Shown piece by piece: positions 47,390 to 57,159 of a stretch of DNA of 64,000 nt. This stretch comes from an uncultured delta proteobacterium. Lineage in GTDB: Bacteria; Desulfobacterota; Binatia; Binatales; Binataceae. The stretch is taken from positions 2,848,001 through 2,912,000 of the forward strand of contig CAWEEQ010000004.1 of NCBI GenBank assembly GCA_963808235.1, given 5' to 3'. The notes beneath the pieces were generated by a model, which was given only the letters and a program-made list of their open reading frames with translations, did no database searches and was not told where the DNA came from. The position numbers were made by a program, and so were the translations under genes. The number at the start of each line of letters is the position of its first letter. The stretch's first letter is position 1.

Positions 47390-49171
47390 TCAATCCCCGG
47401 CGCCTGCTTCGATCAACACGGTGAGGCTGTCGTTTCCTTCGTTGGAAACCCAGACGTTTCCCAAGTCGTCAATCGCGATGCCGTAGGGTCGATTCATCCC
47501 GACGCCGGAGAAACTCGACGCCGAGAACATATTCCTGTGCACGGTAGTGCTTCGGCTATCGAAGTACTCCTGAAGTTCGGTCACGCTATTCGAATTCCGG
47601 GCGTGGTTGGCTACCCATGCATTTCCGCCGCCGTCGCATGCGATGTCTTCCGGCTCGGCCAAGCCGAGGCCGTGAAACGGCGAGCCCAGCAGCGGCGTCA
47701 CGCCATGCTCGGAATCGTTGAACGCGGTGACGCTGCTGTTCGCTCGATTGGTGATCCAGGTTTCAGTCCTGCCGCGGAAACACCTGACCATGTGCGCCGG
47801 CTCCGCCAGACCAAGACGCACCGTTCCACCGTTCACGTCGCTCAGCGTTCCGAGCAGCTTCGCCTCGTCGCATCGCGCATAGTCAGGCTGCTTCACAACG
47901 ACGATCTCGTCGGCGCCGGCGTTGGCGATGCAGAGGTCGCCGCCAAGGACAAAGCAACTCGTCATTCCTTCCGCGTCCTTCAAGCCCAGACTGTTCGATG
48001 GCTTTCCGCAGGGAGTGCCGTCGCTCTTCAGAAAAATCAGTTTGTCATCGACCAGCCAGGCCGAGGGTTGCGAGAACCATCCGGGCGGCTTGGGCCGGTC
48101 TTCGCTCCCGTAATCAAGACCCCGCGGCTGAAACCAGAATGCGATCGGACCCTTTCTCAGCGATCCCGGGAGTCTGCGCTCTGCGAGCACAGGCGCGGTG
48201 AGATCCTTGGGATCCGTGCTGATTTCCACGAGACTGTTGTTGCCGCGATTGAGAATCCACAGCGTGCGATCGCCCCAATCGGCGAGTATCTGGGTTGGAC
48301 GATGGAGACCGAGATTTCCGAAGTTGAGCGACAGGAGCCATCCAGTGGGAGGGTGATCGAGCACCGGTGTGTATGGCCGCTCCTTCGGCAGCAGCGCATA
48401 AGCCGAGGATTGCCCATGGCCCCATGTTGACGCGAGGTTCTCGATGGCGTCCATCGTGTTTTGCGGTTTTTGATTCCAGCGCTGCAAAGTCGCCGCCTTG
48501 AACAGCGCGTCACATACGTCTGAGCCTCTACCCGTTGAGGTCACGCATCCGTGCAGAATGTCGGCCAAGGTGTTGACCAGTGCGGGGCTATTGGCGCCGC
48601 GATCAAACACCGGTCGAAGGCGGCCTGTGACGGGGTCCACAAGCTGGCGCGCCAGTACGAAGCGCTCATTTGTCGGAGCGATGCCCCCTAGCGTTAGCGT
48701 ATTCAGCGGGAAAGCGGCGACCACGGTTGTCAGCTCGTTGATGATCACATGGCCTTCGGACGGAACGGTCCCCATCGCAGTAGTCAGCTTGATAGCAGGG
48801 TTGTTGCCCTTGCCAACGTCGCCACCGCTGGCAACCAGATACAAGCTGCCGGCCCGCGGCTCTTGCTCTCGTTCCTCGGTGCTCGACGATTTCATCCTGT
48901 CGAGGATTTTTGCGTGCGCCTTGGAGAGATCGAGCGAGAACCGGCCCTCGGCGTCGGTGGTAGTTTCCTCGACGGATTTCGAAACCGAAACGCACGGGTC
49001 AGGAACGCACGTTTCGACTGTCCCATAGAGCGCAACTGTCGCGCGTGCGATCGGAATCGTCCCGGCGAGGACCCGGCCCGTGAGGATTTGGCCGGTGCCG
49101 ACGTTCGCACGCGAGGAACTTAGAGCGATGGCAAGGAGCGCGGCTCCCGCTACGTAACATGCCGCTCGCAT
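47390..49171 (-). CDS. Secreted NHL-repeat protein
   Basis: Signal peptide; INELTTV, NTLADILHGC; NHL repeats PEDIACDGGGNAWVAN and PYGIAIDDLGNVWVSN. Confidence 0.8.
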   Translation of the reverse strand: MRAACYVAGAALLAIALSSSRANVGTGQILTGRVLAGTIPIARATVALYGTVETCVPDPCVSVSKSVEETTTDAEGRFSLDLSKAHAKILDRMKSSSTEEREQEPRAGSLYLVASGGDVGKGNNPAIKLTTAMGTVPSEGHVIINELTTVVAAFPLNTLTLGGIAPTNERFVLARQLVDPVTGRLRPVFDRGANSPALVNTLADILHGCVTSTGRGSDVCDALFKAATLQRWNQKPQNTMDAIENLASTWGHGQSSAYALLPKERPYTPVLDHPPTGWLLSLNFGNLGLHRPTQILADWGDRTLWILNRGNNSLVEISTDPKDLTAPVLAERRLPGSLRKGPIAFWFQPRGLDYGSEDRPKPPGWFSQPSAWLVDDKLIFLKSDGTPCGKPSNSLGLKDAEGMTSCFVLGGDLCIANAGADEIVVVKQPDYARCDEAKLLGTLSDVNGGTVRLGLAEPAHMVRCFRGRTETWITNRANSSVTAFNDSEHGVTPLLGSPFHGLGLAEPEDIACDGGGNAWVANHARNSNSVTELQEYFDSRSTTVHRNMFSASSFSGVGMNRPYGIAIDDLGNVWVSNEGNDSLTVLIEAGAGD

Positions 49172-49202
49172 CACTAGAGCTCGTTCACTCGCCGAGCCGA
49201 GG

Positions 49203-51209
49203 CTACGGGGAGCTGCCCAGGGGTTTGTGATCGACTGTGGAGTCGTCGAGGTAGGCTTCGTCGCCGACGAAAGTTACGCGGATTGTTGTGATCGCCTCGA
49301 CGCCCGGCAGCATCAGATCCGCCGTCATCGTTTGCGTATGCGAGCCGCCTGCTGCGTGACGGCCGTCGGTGAGCGCCTCGGCCATCGCGCGTCCGGTCGG
49401 CACGATTCCGCCGGAACCGATGTTGGGCAGAGTTCCGAGAATCTGCGTGATGGTCGGCGCGACGTCGATATTCGCGGTGGGATTCAGATCGACGAATCCG
49501 CGCCGAAAGTCCGGACCGGCCGCGGCGCAGAAGTTGTGAATCTCGCGCGCGCCGGCCGCGCCATGCATCCCCATCCCGGTGGTGAAAGTCTGGCCGGTGC
49601 CGGTGTCGGCGTACATCAGTCCTTTTACCGGATGCACCAACTCGGCGGATTTGTTGCGGGTCGAGACTTGTCCGATCTGGCCGATCAGAAATGCGGGATT
49701 GGCCGGTCCGGTCAGACCCTTGTTGTCGGAGTTGGGTTCCTCGCGAAATGAAATCACCAGGTCGGGTGAGCGGGCGGCGTTGTAAAGACCGACGATGCGC
49801 TGGCTGAAGGTTCCGTCGATCCAACCCAGATACGCTTTCGGCGCGCGCCTGTGCACGCGGCCGCGATGATCGGTCTCCTCGACTGTTTCCGCGGGCTCGC
49901 GCGAAAAGATAGAGCCGCACCATTCCTGCGCCTCGGCGAAGTTAACGATCTTTTGGAGCATCGCACGGCGCGATTCCATGGTGGGAAAATCCGTCGGCGA
50001 AAGATAAACGAGATCGGCGCCGCCGTTGGGAGCGACGATGATATCGGTGCTGTCGGCGGATTTCTTGAGTCCCGCCGCGACCAGCATCTCGGAAAGCACG
50101 ACGCGAAACTTGATCGTCGCGAATCCGTGATCCGAGACGACCATCAGGTCGGTGCGATCGGCAATGCCGAGCGAATCGATCGCGGCGCGAACCCGCATCA
50201 GGTTGTTGTCGCACATGCCGAGCGCTTCTATCGCGGGCATCGTGCCCAGTCCCGCGATGTGCTGCGTCAAGTCGGGATTGTGCTGCCAGAAGACGATCAG
50301 CGCGGGCCGGCCCTGGTCCGCGGCGCGCTTGGCGGCGGGAAGTGCGTTCTCAACGACGAGGCGCGCGAAGTACAAGTCGCGCTCGCCGTCGCTTACGCCG
50401 GTCCGCGACTCGGAGGGCATCGCAGATTTTATCTTCGCCGCATCCGACGCGGGCTCCGCGAGATCGTCAGAGACGAACAGGTAGTCCTGATGCGGCTGGC
50501 CGAGCGAATCTTTTCCGTCAACGACCGACTCGATGCGATTATCGAACACCGAGGTCGGTCCCTGCTTGCCGACGACCGCGACATAGCCGCCCTCGCGCGC
50601 GATTTCTTGCGTGATCGTGTCGAGACCGAACAGCTTGCCTTTGAACCCGTTGGGCCCGTTCAAATCGACGATCGCCTTGGGCCCTTCCGCGAAAACCATC
50701 TGGCCGTTTGACGGCTTTGAAATCGTTGAAGTCGAAATTGTGGAATTCGTGGGGGCGCTTTCGGGCTGTGAGATTCCCGCCGGCGACATCCCCGGGGGCG
50801 ACATCTCGGTCGTCGGCGGGCCTCCGGGTTGGGCGGTGGCTGGCGGCGCACTGACAACGGCTACCGGCGCCGGAGCCGCGCCGGCCGCGAGATAAAACAC
50901 GTTGCCCTCGAGTCCGTTGATGCCGGGCGGCGCGCCGGTCGCAAGTGCGGTCGCGTTGACCATCGTGATGGTCGGGAAAATTGAATGGTGGCGGTCGAAG
51001 CGCACGCCCTCCCGCGCCATGCGGAAAAGATTCGGCGTGTCGCGCTGCGTGACCATATCGGGCCGGAGGCCATCCCAGACCATCAGGATCACGATCCGTC
51101 GTGCGCGATGTGAGCCGGAAACGTCCTGAGCGCGCAACGGCGTAGCCGCGAAGACAATCGCGACTGCGAATATAAAGCGAATCGATCGAACAAACATACG
51201 ATCGGTCAT
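49203..51209 (-). CDS. Alkaline phosphatase superfamily (nucleotide pyrophosphatase/phosphodiesterase)
   Basis: VWDGLRPD, PTITMVN (Thr nucleophile), PDLTQH, VSDHGF, GMHG; Pro-rich insertion. Confidence 0.9.
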   Translation of the reverse strand: MTDRMFVRSIRFIFAVAIVFAATPLRAQDVSGSHRARRIVILMVWDGLRPDMVTQRDTPNLFRMAREGVRFDRHHSIFPTITMVNATALATGAPPGINGLEGNVFYLAAGAAPAPVAVVSAPPATAQPGGPPTTEMSPPGMSPAGISQPESAPTNSTISTSTISKPSNGQMVFAEGPKAIVDLNGPNGFKGKLFGLDTITQEIAREGGYVAVVGKQGPTSVFDNRIESVVDGKDSLGQPHQDYLFVSDDLAEPASDAAKIKSAMPSESRTGVSDGERDLYFARLVVENALPAAKRAADQGRPALIVFWQHNPDLTQHIAGLGTMPAIEALGMCDNNLMRVRAAIDSLGIADRTDLMVVSDHGFATIKFRVVLSEMLVAAGLKKSADSTDIIVAPNGGADLVYLSPTDFPTMESRRAMLQKIVNFAEAQEWCGSIFSREPAETVEETDHRGRVHRRAPKAYLGWIDGTFSQRIVGLYNAARSPDLVISFREEPNSDNKGLTGPANPAFLIGQIGQVSTRNKSAELVHPVKGLMYADTGTGQTFTTGMGMHGAAGAREIHNFCAAAGPDFRRGFVDLNPTANIDVAPTITQILGTLPNIGSGGIVPTGRAMAEALTDGRHAAGGSHTQTMTADLMLPGVEAITTIRVTFVGDEAYLDDSTVDHKPLGSSP

Positions 51210-51246
51210 CAAAGCGGTCGGAAACCGATCGTGTCAATCGCCTTCG

Positions 51247-51546
51247 TTACGGATGCGGTGTGATCGCGATGATTGTCATTTGATCGGATTGCGGTCCGTA
51301 GAACCAGAATACCCTGAACGCCGCTGGTGTCTTGTTTTCGGCGTACGCCTCGAAAACCTTCTCGCCGTGCGGGCCGGCGAGCCTGGAGTATTCATGTGTT
51401 TGCAGACCCGGATGACGAGGATTGGTTTCCAGAAGCCCGAGTGTTTTCCGAACGGCGCGGAGTCGTTTTGCCGCGCCTGGATCGTTGGCCAGCTTCACAA
51501 GCATCGCATGTGCTTGTGGCGTGAAGAGCAATTTGAACTTCGCCAC
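51247..51546 (-). CDS. RelE/ParE-superfamily toxin
   Basis: LLFTPQA, LETNPRHPGLQTH, FEAYAE, FRVFW, IIAITPHP. Confidence 0.75.
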   Translation of the reverse strand: MAKFKLLFTPQAHAMLVKLANDPGAAKRLRAVRKTLGLLETNPRHPGLQTHEYSRLAGPHGEKVFEAYAENKTPAAFRVFWFYGPQSDQMTIIAITPHP

Positions 51547-51557
51547 GCGCTGCTCTG

Positions 51558-51908
51558 CTATTCGATATCGTCATCCGCATGCCGCTCGAACGATCCCAGG
51601 CTCTTCAATTTGCCTTCGCGAGCTTCTTCCAGACCCTTGACCACCATCTTCAGCGCTTCAGGATTTCGATAGAGCCACAATTCGTGCATCGGCACGGAAA
51701 CCTCCGGCGAGAGCAATACCTGCCCGGCGTCGTTCACGAAGACGCCGAATCGGATTGAGCTTTCCAATTCGTCGCCGAGAATTTTGCTCAGGGACTCCCA
51801 TGCCCTCGTCAGGGAGACTCGCTTACGTTCGTCGAGTCCGACATCGCCGATCCGTTTGAAGCTTTCGTCCAACAGTATGTTGCGCAGTATGTTCCGTTTC
51901 CTTGACAC
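51558..51908 (-). CDS. Putative antitoxin (AbrB-like N-terminus, acidic tail)
   Basis: LDERKRVSL, GQVLLSP, WLYRNPEAL..V.KGLEEAREGK; lies immediately upstream of the toxin. Confidence 0.7.
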   Translation of the reverse strand: MSRKRNILRNILLDESFKRIGDVGLDERKRVSLTRAWESLSKILGDELESSIRFGVFVNDAGQVLLSPEVSVPMHELWLYRNPEALKMVVKGLEEAREGKLKSLGSFERHADDDIE

Positions 51909-51958
51909 GATCCCACAATACCACAATGTACCATTGTGTCGCATGGGTATTACCCATG
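51909..51958 (-). promoter_or_regulatory. TA promoter with two palindromic operators
   Basis: CACAATG-tac-CATTGTG (51922-51938) and CATGGGTA-t-TACCCATG (51942-51958); TGn-TATTGT -10 lies 6 nt before GTG. Confidence 0.7.
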
Positions 51959-51981
51959 GGAAACGTGAAAAAGATAAGAAA

Positions 51982-53010
51982 TCAGGAAGGTTTGCGGGCA
52001 ATGGTCGGCGTGTCGGTGCGTGGATGCGCTTTGAAGAAATCCCAGATTACGTCGGTGGCGTTGAGCGCGTTGCTCGGCTTGCCGACCCATTTTTCCGGCA
52101 GCCGATTCTCTCCGCCGGGCCAGACGTGGCCGAGTCCTTTGACAGTGTAGTAAATGACCTCGCCGCCCTTCGCGCACTGATCGTAAGCGATTTCATTGAC
52201 GCCGTTGCGCGCGAGAGCAGTGGTGACTTGCGGACCGCATCCGAGCATCCGTTCCCATTCCTTGAGCGAATCCGCGACCGGTGGATGATACTGGGTTACT
52301 TCCCACGGCAGTTTCACGACCCCGCCGGCGATCGGATTCAGCGGATCGTCGGTGCCGATAATAAACAGCAGCGGGACGGGATAAGCGAGTTGCTTTCCCG
52401 TGTACCAGAGATGGCCCGAGACCGGGGCGACCGCGGCGAAACGATTGGAGAGGTTCAGGCCGACGCTGAAGGTCATCGAGGCGCCGTTGGAGAATCCGGT
52501 GCAGTAGATCCGCGCTGGATCGGCGCTGTAGTGAGCCTCGAGGTAATCGATCATCGCGGAGATGAAACCGAGGTCGTCCACCTTCTGCACGCCAACCGAG
52601 CCGCGCCCCGAGCCATCGTTCCATAGCCGCGGGTTAATCAGGAATCGCGCCGGCAGCTTCGGATTCGGCGGCGTGCCGTCGGGAAAGACCGCGATGAAGC
52701 CCTCGCGATCCGCCTTCGCCTCCCATCCGGTTTCAGGAATCGTACCGGCTCCGCTGCCGCCCGCGCCGTGCAGCATGAAGACCACCGGCACCTTCGATTT
52801 GCCGTCGAAGGTTGGCGGCACGTGCACGATGAAGGTGCGCGCCATCTTGCTCGCGCCAATCCCGACTTCGAGCGACTCGTTGTGATCGCCGGGCGCCGCG
52901 ACCGGCTTGTAGTCCGGTGCGGGCGCTGTCGCCGCAAACGCGGCCAACGCCAGCATCGCCGTCGCGAGCGTCAATGAGGTGCCGAATCTGGAAATCCCGA
53001 ATCTGCGCAT
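51982..53010 (-). CDS. Exported PHB-depolymerase/LpqP-family esterase
   Basis: LHGAGG, VFPDG, VDDLGF, GFSNG, GTDDP, GHVWPG. Confidence 0.9.
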   Translation of the reverse strand: MRRFGISRFGTSLTLATAMLALAAFAATAPAPDYKPVAAPGDHNESLEVGIGASKMARTFIVHVPPTFDGKSKVPVVFMLHGAGGSGAGTIPETGWEAKADREGFIAVFPDGTPPNPKLPARFLINPRLWNDGSGRGSVGVQKVDDLGFISAMIDYLEAHYSADPARIYCTGFSNGASMTFSVGLNLSNRFAAVAPVSGHLWYTGKQLAYPVPLLFIIGTDDPLNPIAGGVVKLPWEVTQYHPPVADSLKEWERMLGCGPQVTTALARNGVNEIAYDQCAKGGEVIYYTVKGLGHVWPGGENRLPEKWVGKPSNALNATDVIWDFFKAHPRTDTPTIARKPS

Positions 53011-53127
53011 CGATGCAAAGCCTCTATCCGCACCCGGATCCTTATACGCCGGGCGCGGCCGCGAGTTTCAGGGTGCGACCGCATTTTTGGTATTGATTGC
53101 GCAGCGAAGAGATGGCACCGGGCGGCC

Positions 53128-54903
53128 CTAATCGCTCTTCATCAGACCGGTCACGCCGGCGATCAGAATCGCGCTGAGCAGCCATCCGGAAAAGATTTGC
53201 AACCACAAGTAGTGGCGCACCAATGATCCGCCGAGGCGAAACTTGTGACCGAAGACCGTGCAGTCGCCAGCTGCCTTGGAATTGGGCCACCAATAGTGCT
53301 CCTGATGGAGATCCACGAAGGGCAGGAACGCGTCGAGCGAGTACAGCAACGGATGCAACTCCTCGTAGTCGGGCTCTGACGAATGTGGAATGTTCTCCGG
53401 GAAGGTCGGGCGCATCACACCGGCGCGCTTGGCCATCCACACGATCGGCCATCCGATCAGGATGACCAACAACGACCAGCCGATGGTCCGCAGGGGCCTG
53501 TGTCCGTAGCCGATAGTCGCGTTAAGAAAGTCGCCCCATAGAGCGCTTGCGCGGCCGTAGCTCGCGTAGCGCAGATCTTCCGAGGCGACTAGCACAGCAA
53601 TTGCGCCCTCTTCATCACCTTGCTCGCGCAGCACCTTTGCCAGCTGACGATAAGGTTGCGGGTGATATTCCGGTTGCAGCGCAAGCCAGCGCAAACGTGA
53701 CGACGCGTCGGCCACGCCAAGGTGCTCATAGGTGAACCCGTTGAGGCTCAATTTGCCAGGCGCCGGCCAGCTATGCGGATCGTCGAAAAAGTCGTCTACC
53801 GAGGCCCCGTCCAGGTTCAGGACAGCTCCATCTTCGAGCGCCACGTTCTGCCAGACGAGGATTTTCGTCGACATTCCCAGAGCATTGAAGCCATAGAACC
53901 CCCGAAAGGCACCAATGGTCTCCATATGCGGGCCCGAGAAATTCGCGTCTTGCACGAATACGGCGGCTCCGACGCGGGCCTCTGCGATGACAGCGCTTCC
54001 GTTCACGTGAATCTTTCCAAATAGCCCTCCGAAAAACATCTCGCTGGCCACAACGATACCCTGGGCAATGATCGCGTCATTGTCAGGGTTGTTGAATGTT
54101 CCGGAAAACACCACGCTGGTGCCGATAGTCGCTGTGATGAAGTCCACTGCGCCGTCGGCTTCGAATCCGTAACACAACCACACGTCGCCCCCGATTCGGG
54201 AGGATTCAAAGTCGAGCGCTTTTTTAAAAAACGCCGCTTCAGTTTCGTGTGGCTCGACCGTGGAGTGCGTAAAGTGGCCGCCTCGCGCACCAAGATCGCC
54301 ATCGATAATCGAATCGTTGAACCACACCTCGCCTGACGCGTGTACTGAATCGAGGATGAGATCGCCGTGAATCACCGCTGCTCGGCCATCGATCTCGCCG
54401 GTGTAGCAGCCCCCCAGGTCGAGGCGCGGGAACGATGCGTGTTCGAAGGTCATCCGCTCGCTGATCGAACAGTTTCGCAGCGTGAGCGCGAACGGGATCG
54501 CTACGTCAGCCAGGTAGAGCTTGCCGATGATTCGCGCGCCGAGCAGGAGGATGCCTTGCGGATCGATTAGCGCCTTGGCCCGAGGATCCACGCACAGCCA
54601 TCGGATGAGTTCGGCGCGGACTTCGCGCTCCATTCCCCACTTGTCGGCGTGGGCGGGATCATTGGACGGATCATCCGGCTTCGCGCTTGGTCCGGCGAGC
54701 GCGAATTCGCCCGGCCCCGACCTATACGAGCCGGCGAACTTCAGCAGCGCAGTTTCCGCGGGGGTGAGGTTCGAGAACTCGCCTTCGGCGAGGTTGAGCA
54801 GCTCGGGCGCGGGAGCGGCGGACGCGGCACGATCGGCGATGCTGGCAAGCATCGCGGCGAACAGCATCGTCGCGAAGATGGTCTTCGATTGTCCGAGTCT
54901 CAT
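53128..54903 (-). CDS. Beta-helix repeat protein with C-terminal membrane domain
   Basis: Signal peptide, repeated I.G.L.L beta coils, QPYRQLAKVL, GYGHRP-TM, LYSLDAFLP, final TM. Confidence 0.75.
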   Translation of the reverse strand: MRLGQSKTIFATMLFAAMLASIADRAASAAPAPELLNLAEGEFSNLTPAETALLKFAGSYRSGPGEFALAGPSAKPDDPSNDPAHADKWGMEREVRAELIRWLCVDPRAKALIDPQGILLLGARIIGKLYLADVAIPFALTLRNCSISERMTFEHASFPRLDLGGCYTGEIDGRAAVIHGDLILDSVHASGEVWFNDSIIDGDLGARGGHFTHSTVEPHETEAAFFKKALDFESSRIGGDVWLCYGFEADGAVDFITATIGTSVVFSGTFNNPDNDAIIAQGIVVASEMFFGGLFGKIHVNGSAVIAEARVGAAVFVQDANFSGPHMETIGAFRGFYGFNALGMSTKILVWQNVALEDGAVLNLDGASVDDFFDDPHSWPAPGKLSLNGFTYEHLGVADASSRLRWLALQPEYHPQPYRQLAKVLREQGDEEGAIAVLVASEDLRYASYGRASALWGDFLNATIGYGHRPLRTIGWSLLVILIGWPIVWMAKRAGVMRPTFPENIPHSSEPDYEELHPLLYSLDAFLPFVDLHQEHYWWPNSKAAGDCTVFGHKFRLGGSLVRHYLWLQIFSGWLLSAILIAGVTGLMKSD

Positions 54904-55007
54904 AGTTGTCGTTATTGACGCGATTGCAATTTGTACCCCAACCGCTTCAAGGTGCAACCGCATTTTGGTTTTGGTAGCGTGACGGTCGAACGGCGGAGGG
55001 AACGACG

Positions 55008-55928
55008 TTGCGCATTGCATTGCTGGGACAGGCTGCTTTTGGAGTCAAAGCGCTCGAGGCGCTGATCGATCATTCGGACGAGATCGTGCACGTATTCGCG
55101 CCGCCCGATCCTCGCGAAGGCATGATTGACCCGCTCGCCGCGAAGGCGCGCGAGCTCGACCTCCCGCTCAGCCAGCCGAAATCGTTCAAGAACGATGCGG
55201 CGTACGAGCACTTTCGGGTGCTCGGCGCGGATCTCGCGATCCTCGCGTTCGTGACGCTGATCGTACCCGAGCGGATTCTGTACGCGCCTCGCTACAAATC
55301 GATCTGCTTTCATCCGTCGCTGTTGCCGCGGCATCGCGGGGCGAGCGGAATCAACTGGACGATCATCCAGGGCGATGCGGAAACGGGAGTGACCTGGTTC
55401 TGGCCGGACGCGGGAATCGATACCGGCCCGATCGTCGTTCAGAAACGCGTGCCGGTTGCGGAGAACGACACGGTCGGCTCGATCTACTTCAACACGCTTT
55501 TCCCGATGGGAATCGATGCGATGATCGAGGCGGTCGATTTGATCAAGAAGGGTAATCCGCCGGCGCTAGTTCAGGACGAGAGCATAGCGACCTATGAGCC
55601 GCCGTGCCGCGACGAACACGCGAAGATCGATTTTGCCAGGCCGGCGCGCGAGGTCTTCAATTTGATTCGCGGATGCGATCCGCAACCGGGAGCGTTTGCG
55701 GCACTCGGCGAGAAGCGAATCCGTCTCTACGAGGCCTCTTTCGGGCGCGAAAGCGGCACCAGCAAAGCAGGAACAATCGTCGCGATCGATTACGACGGGA
55801 TGAAGATCGCGCTAGGCGGCGGCACGATCAACGTGAAGCGCGCGCGAATCGATCCGAATCCGAAGAAAGCGGCGCCGGAACAACTGGCGGCATCGGGAGA
55901 GATCACGGTTGGCGCTCAGTTGACGTAA
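55008..55928 (+). CDS. Formyltransferase/hydrolase resembling the N-terminal domain of 10-formyl-THF dehydrogenase
   Basis: GQAAFG, FHPSLLPRHRGASGINW, WPDAGIDTG, LFPMG, NLIRGCDPQPGA. Confidence 0.85.
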   Translation: MRIALLGQAAFGVKALEALIDHSDEIVHVFAPPDPREGMIDPLAAKARELDLPLSQPKSFKNDAAYEHFRVLGADLAILAFVTLIVPERILYAPRYKSICFHPSLLPRHRGASGINWTIIQGDAETGVTWFWPDAGIDTGPIVVQKRVPVAENDTVGSIYFNTLFPMGIDAMIEAVDLIKKGNPPALVQDESIATYEPPCRDEHAKIDFARPAREVFNLIRGCDPQPGAFAALGEKRIRLYEASFGRESGTSKAGTIVAIDYDGMKIALGGGTINVKRARIDPNPKKAAPEQLAASGEITVGAQLT

Positions 55929-55965
55929 AAGAATTCACCACGCCGGTGCGCGGTACCACGATCCA

Positions 55966-56493
55966 CTACACATCGCGTTCGAGGTGAATATCTTCCGGCT
56001 CCAGTTCCACTAGTTCTGGATCCGGCGGGACAGCAAGGGTGCAGCCTAACTTCAGGTAAAAGTTGACCGTGTTTTCTGAGGGAGTCGCCGAGATGTACAG
56101 TCTTTTTGCTCCTCTCGCGTGCGCGGTAGAGCTGGCGAGTTCGAATAGCTTCGCGCCCAAGCCATTGTTCCGATAGGCGCGACTCACGTGAAGGAACTTG
56201 AGTTGGAGCTGATCCTTGCGCTTGCCGATAAACTTGCTTTCCAGCACTGCCGCTCCGATAAGGGCCGCGTCATCGAATGCCCCATAGAACCATCCGCCGC
56301 GATCAAAGCAATCAAGCAGAATCGGCGTGTACTTCTCGGTTTCCCCGGGTGGCCATCCAGGGACATCGATATGATGTGGGCGAAGCACCAAAGTTCCGTT
56401 CTCGAGGCTATAAAGGTTATCCATCACTTCGCTGCGGTCGATATTCCAGACCTGCGCGATTTCCGAGCGGCGTAATTCCCTCTCGCTGATCAT
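55966..56493 (-). CDS. GNAT acetyltransferase
   Basis: LHVSRAYRNNGLG, YISATPSENTVNFY. Confidence 0.88.
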   Translation of the reverse strand: MISERELRRSEIAQVWNIDRSEVMDNLYSLENGTLVLRPHHIDVPGWPPGETEKYTPILLDCFDRGGWFYGAFDDAALIGAAVLESKFIGKRKDQLQLKFLHVSRAYRNNGLGAKLFELASSTAHARGAKRLYISATPSENTVNFYLKLGCTLAVPPDPELVELEPEDIHLERDV

Positions 56494-56514
56494 TGCCGAG
56501 CTCCTGAGCACCCC

Positions 56515-57159
56515 TCATAACTTGTCATTCAGAGCAGCTTTGGGCTCCCGGCGGAACGTCCAAAAGCGCAAGCCGCTCACTGGCTCGACGTCCTCGACCA
56601 GAATTCTGAAACCCTGGCTGCGATAAAACGCAACATTTCGCGGTTGCGCCGTGTCGAGATAGCAGGACAACCGAGCCGAGTCCGCAGCCGCCAGGATGGG
56701 CTTCATTAGCGCGCTACCAATACCCTTTCCCTGAAGTGCCGGATCAACTCCGATAATTGGCAAATACCAATGCGGTGCCTGCATATCGCGCTCGTGCAAC
56801 GCGGCCAGGAGATTCAGCAACTGCCTGGAACGCGCGAAGGCGGTCGCGCCAAAAGTCTCCGGCAGGCGGTCAAACCCAAAATCTCTCTCCTGGTCGACAC
56901 TGATGTGCTGAACACCAGGCGGCATCCACAGCGCGACGCCGGAAAGCCTGCCTTGCGTTCCATAGGGTTCACCAACAGCAAAACAGTGCCCTACAATACA
57001 TCGGAAACTCTCTCTGAGGAGACGCATTCTCTCCCCGGGATCTGGAGCGAAGTAGATCCAAGGCGGATCGCCATGAAAAGCTCTCGATAGAAGTTCGACG
57101 GCTTCATCACACTGTGAACGCTGGAGTTTGGCCACCTCAACCGGCGAATTCTTTTCCAT
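56515..57159 (-). CDS. GNAT acetyltransferase
   Basis: HWYL..IGVDPALQGKGIG, YLDT, NVAFYRSQGF; GGAGG RBS. Confidence 0.88.
   Translation of the reverse strand: MEKNSPVEVAKLQRSQCDEAVELLSRAFHGDPPWIYFAPDPGERMRLLRESFRCIVGHCFAVGEPYGTQGRLSGVALWMPPGVQHISVDQERDFGFDRLPETFGATAFARSRQLLNLLAALHERDMQAPHWYLPIIGVDPALQGKGIGSALMKPILAAADSARLSCYLDTAQPRNVAFYRSQGFRILVEDVEPVSGLRFWTFRREPKAALNDKL

Noticed and set aside
55929-55968. KEFTTPVRGTTIHY as a relic hydrolase N-terminus cut by the GNAT pair
   Set aside because: Too short, no start codon, and no continuation found after the GNAT genes.
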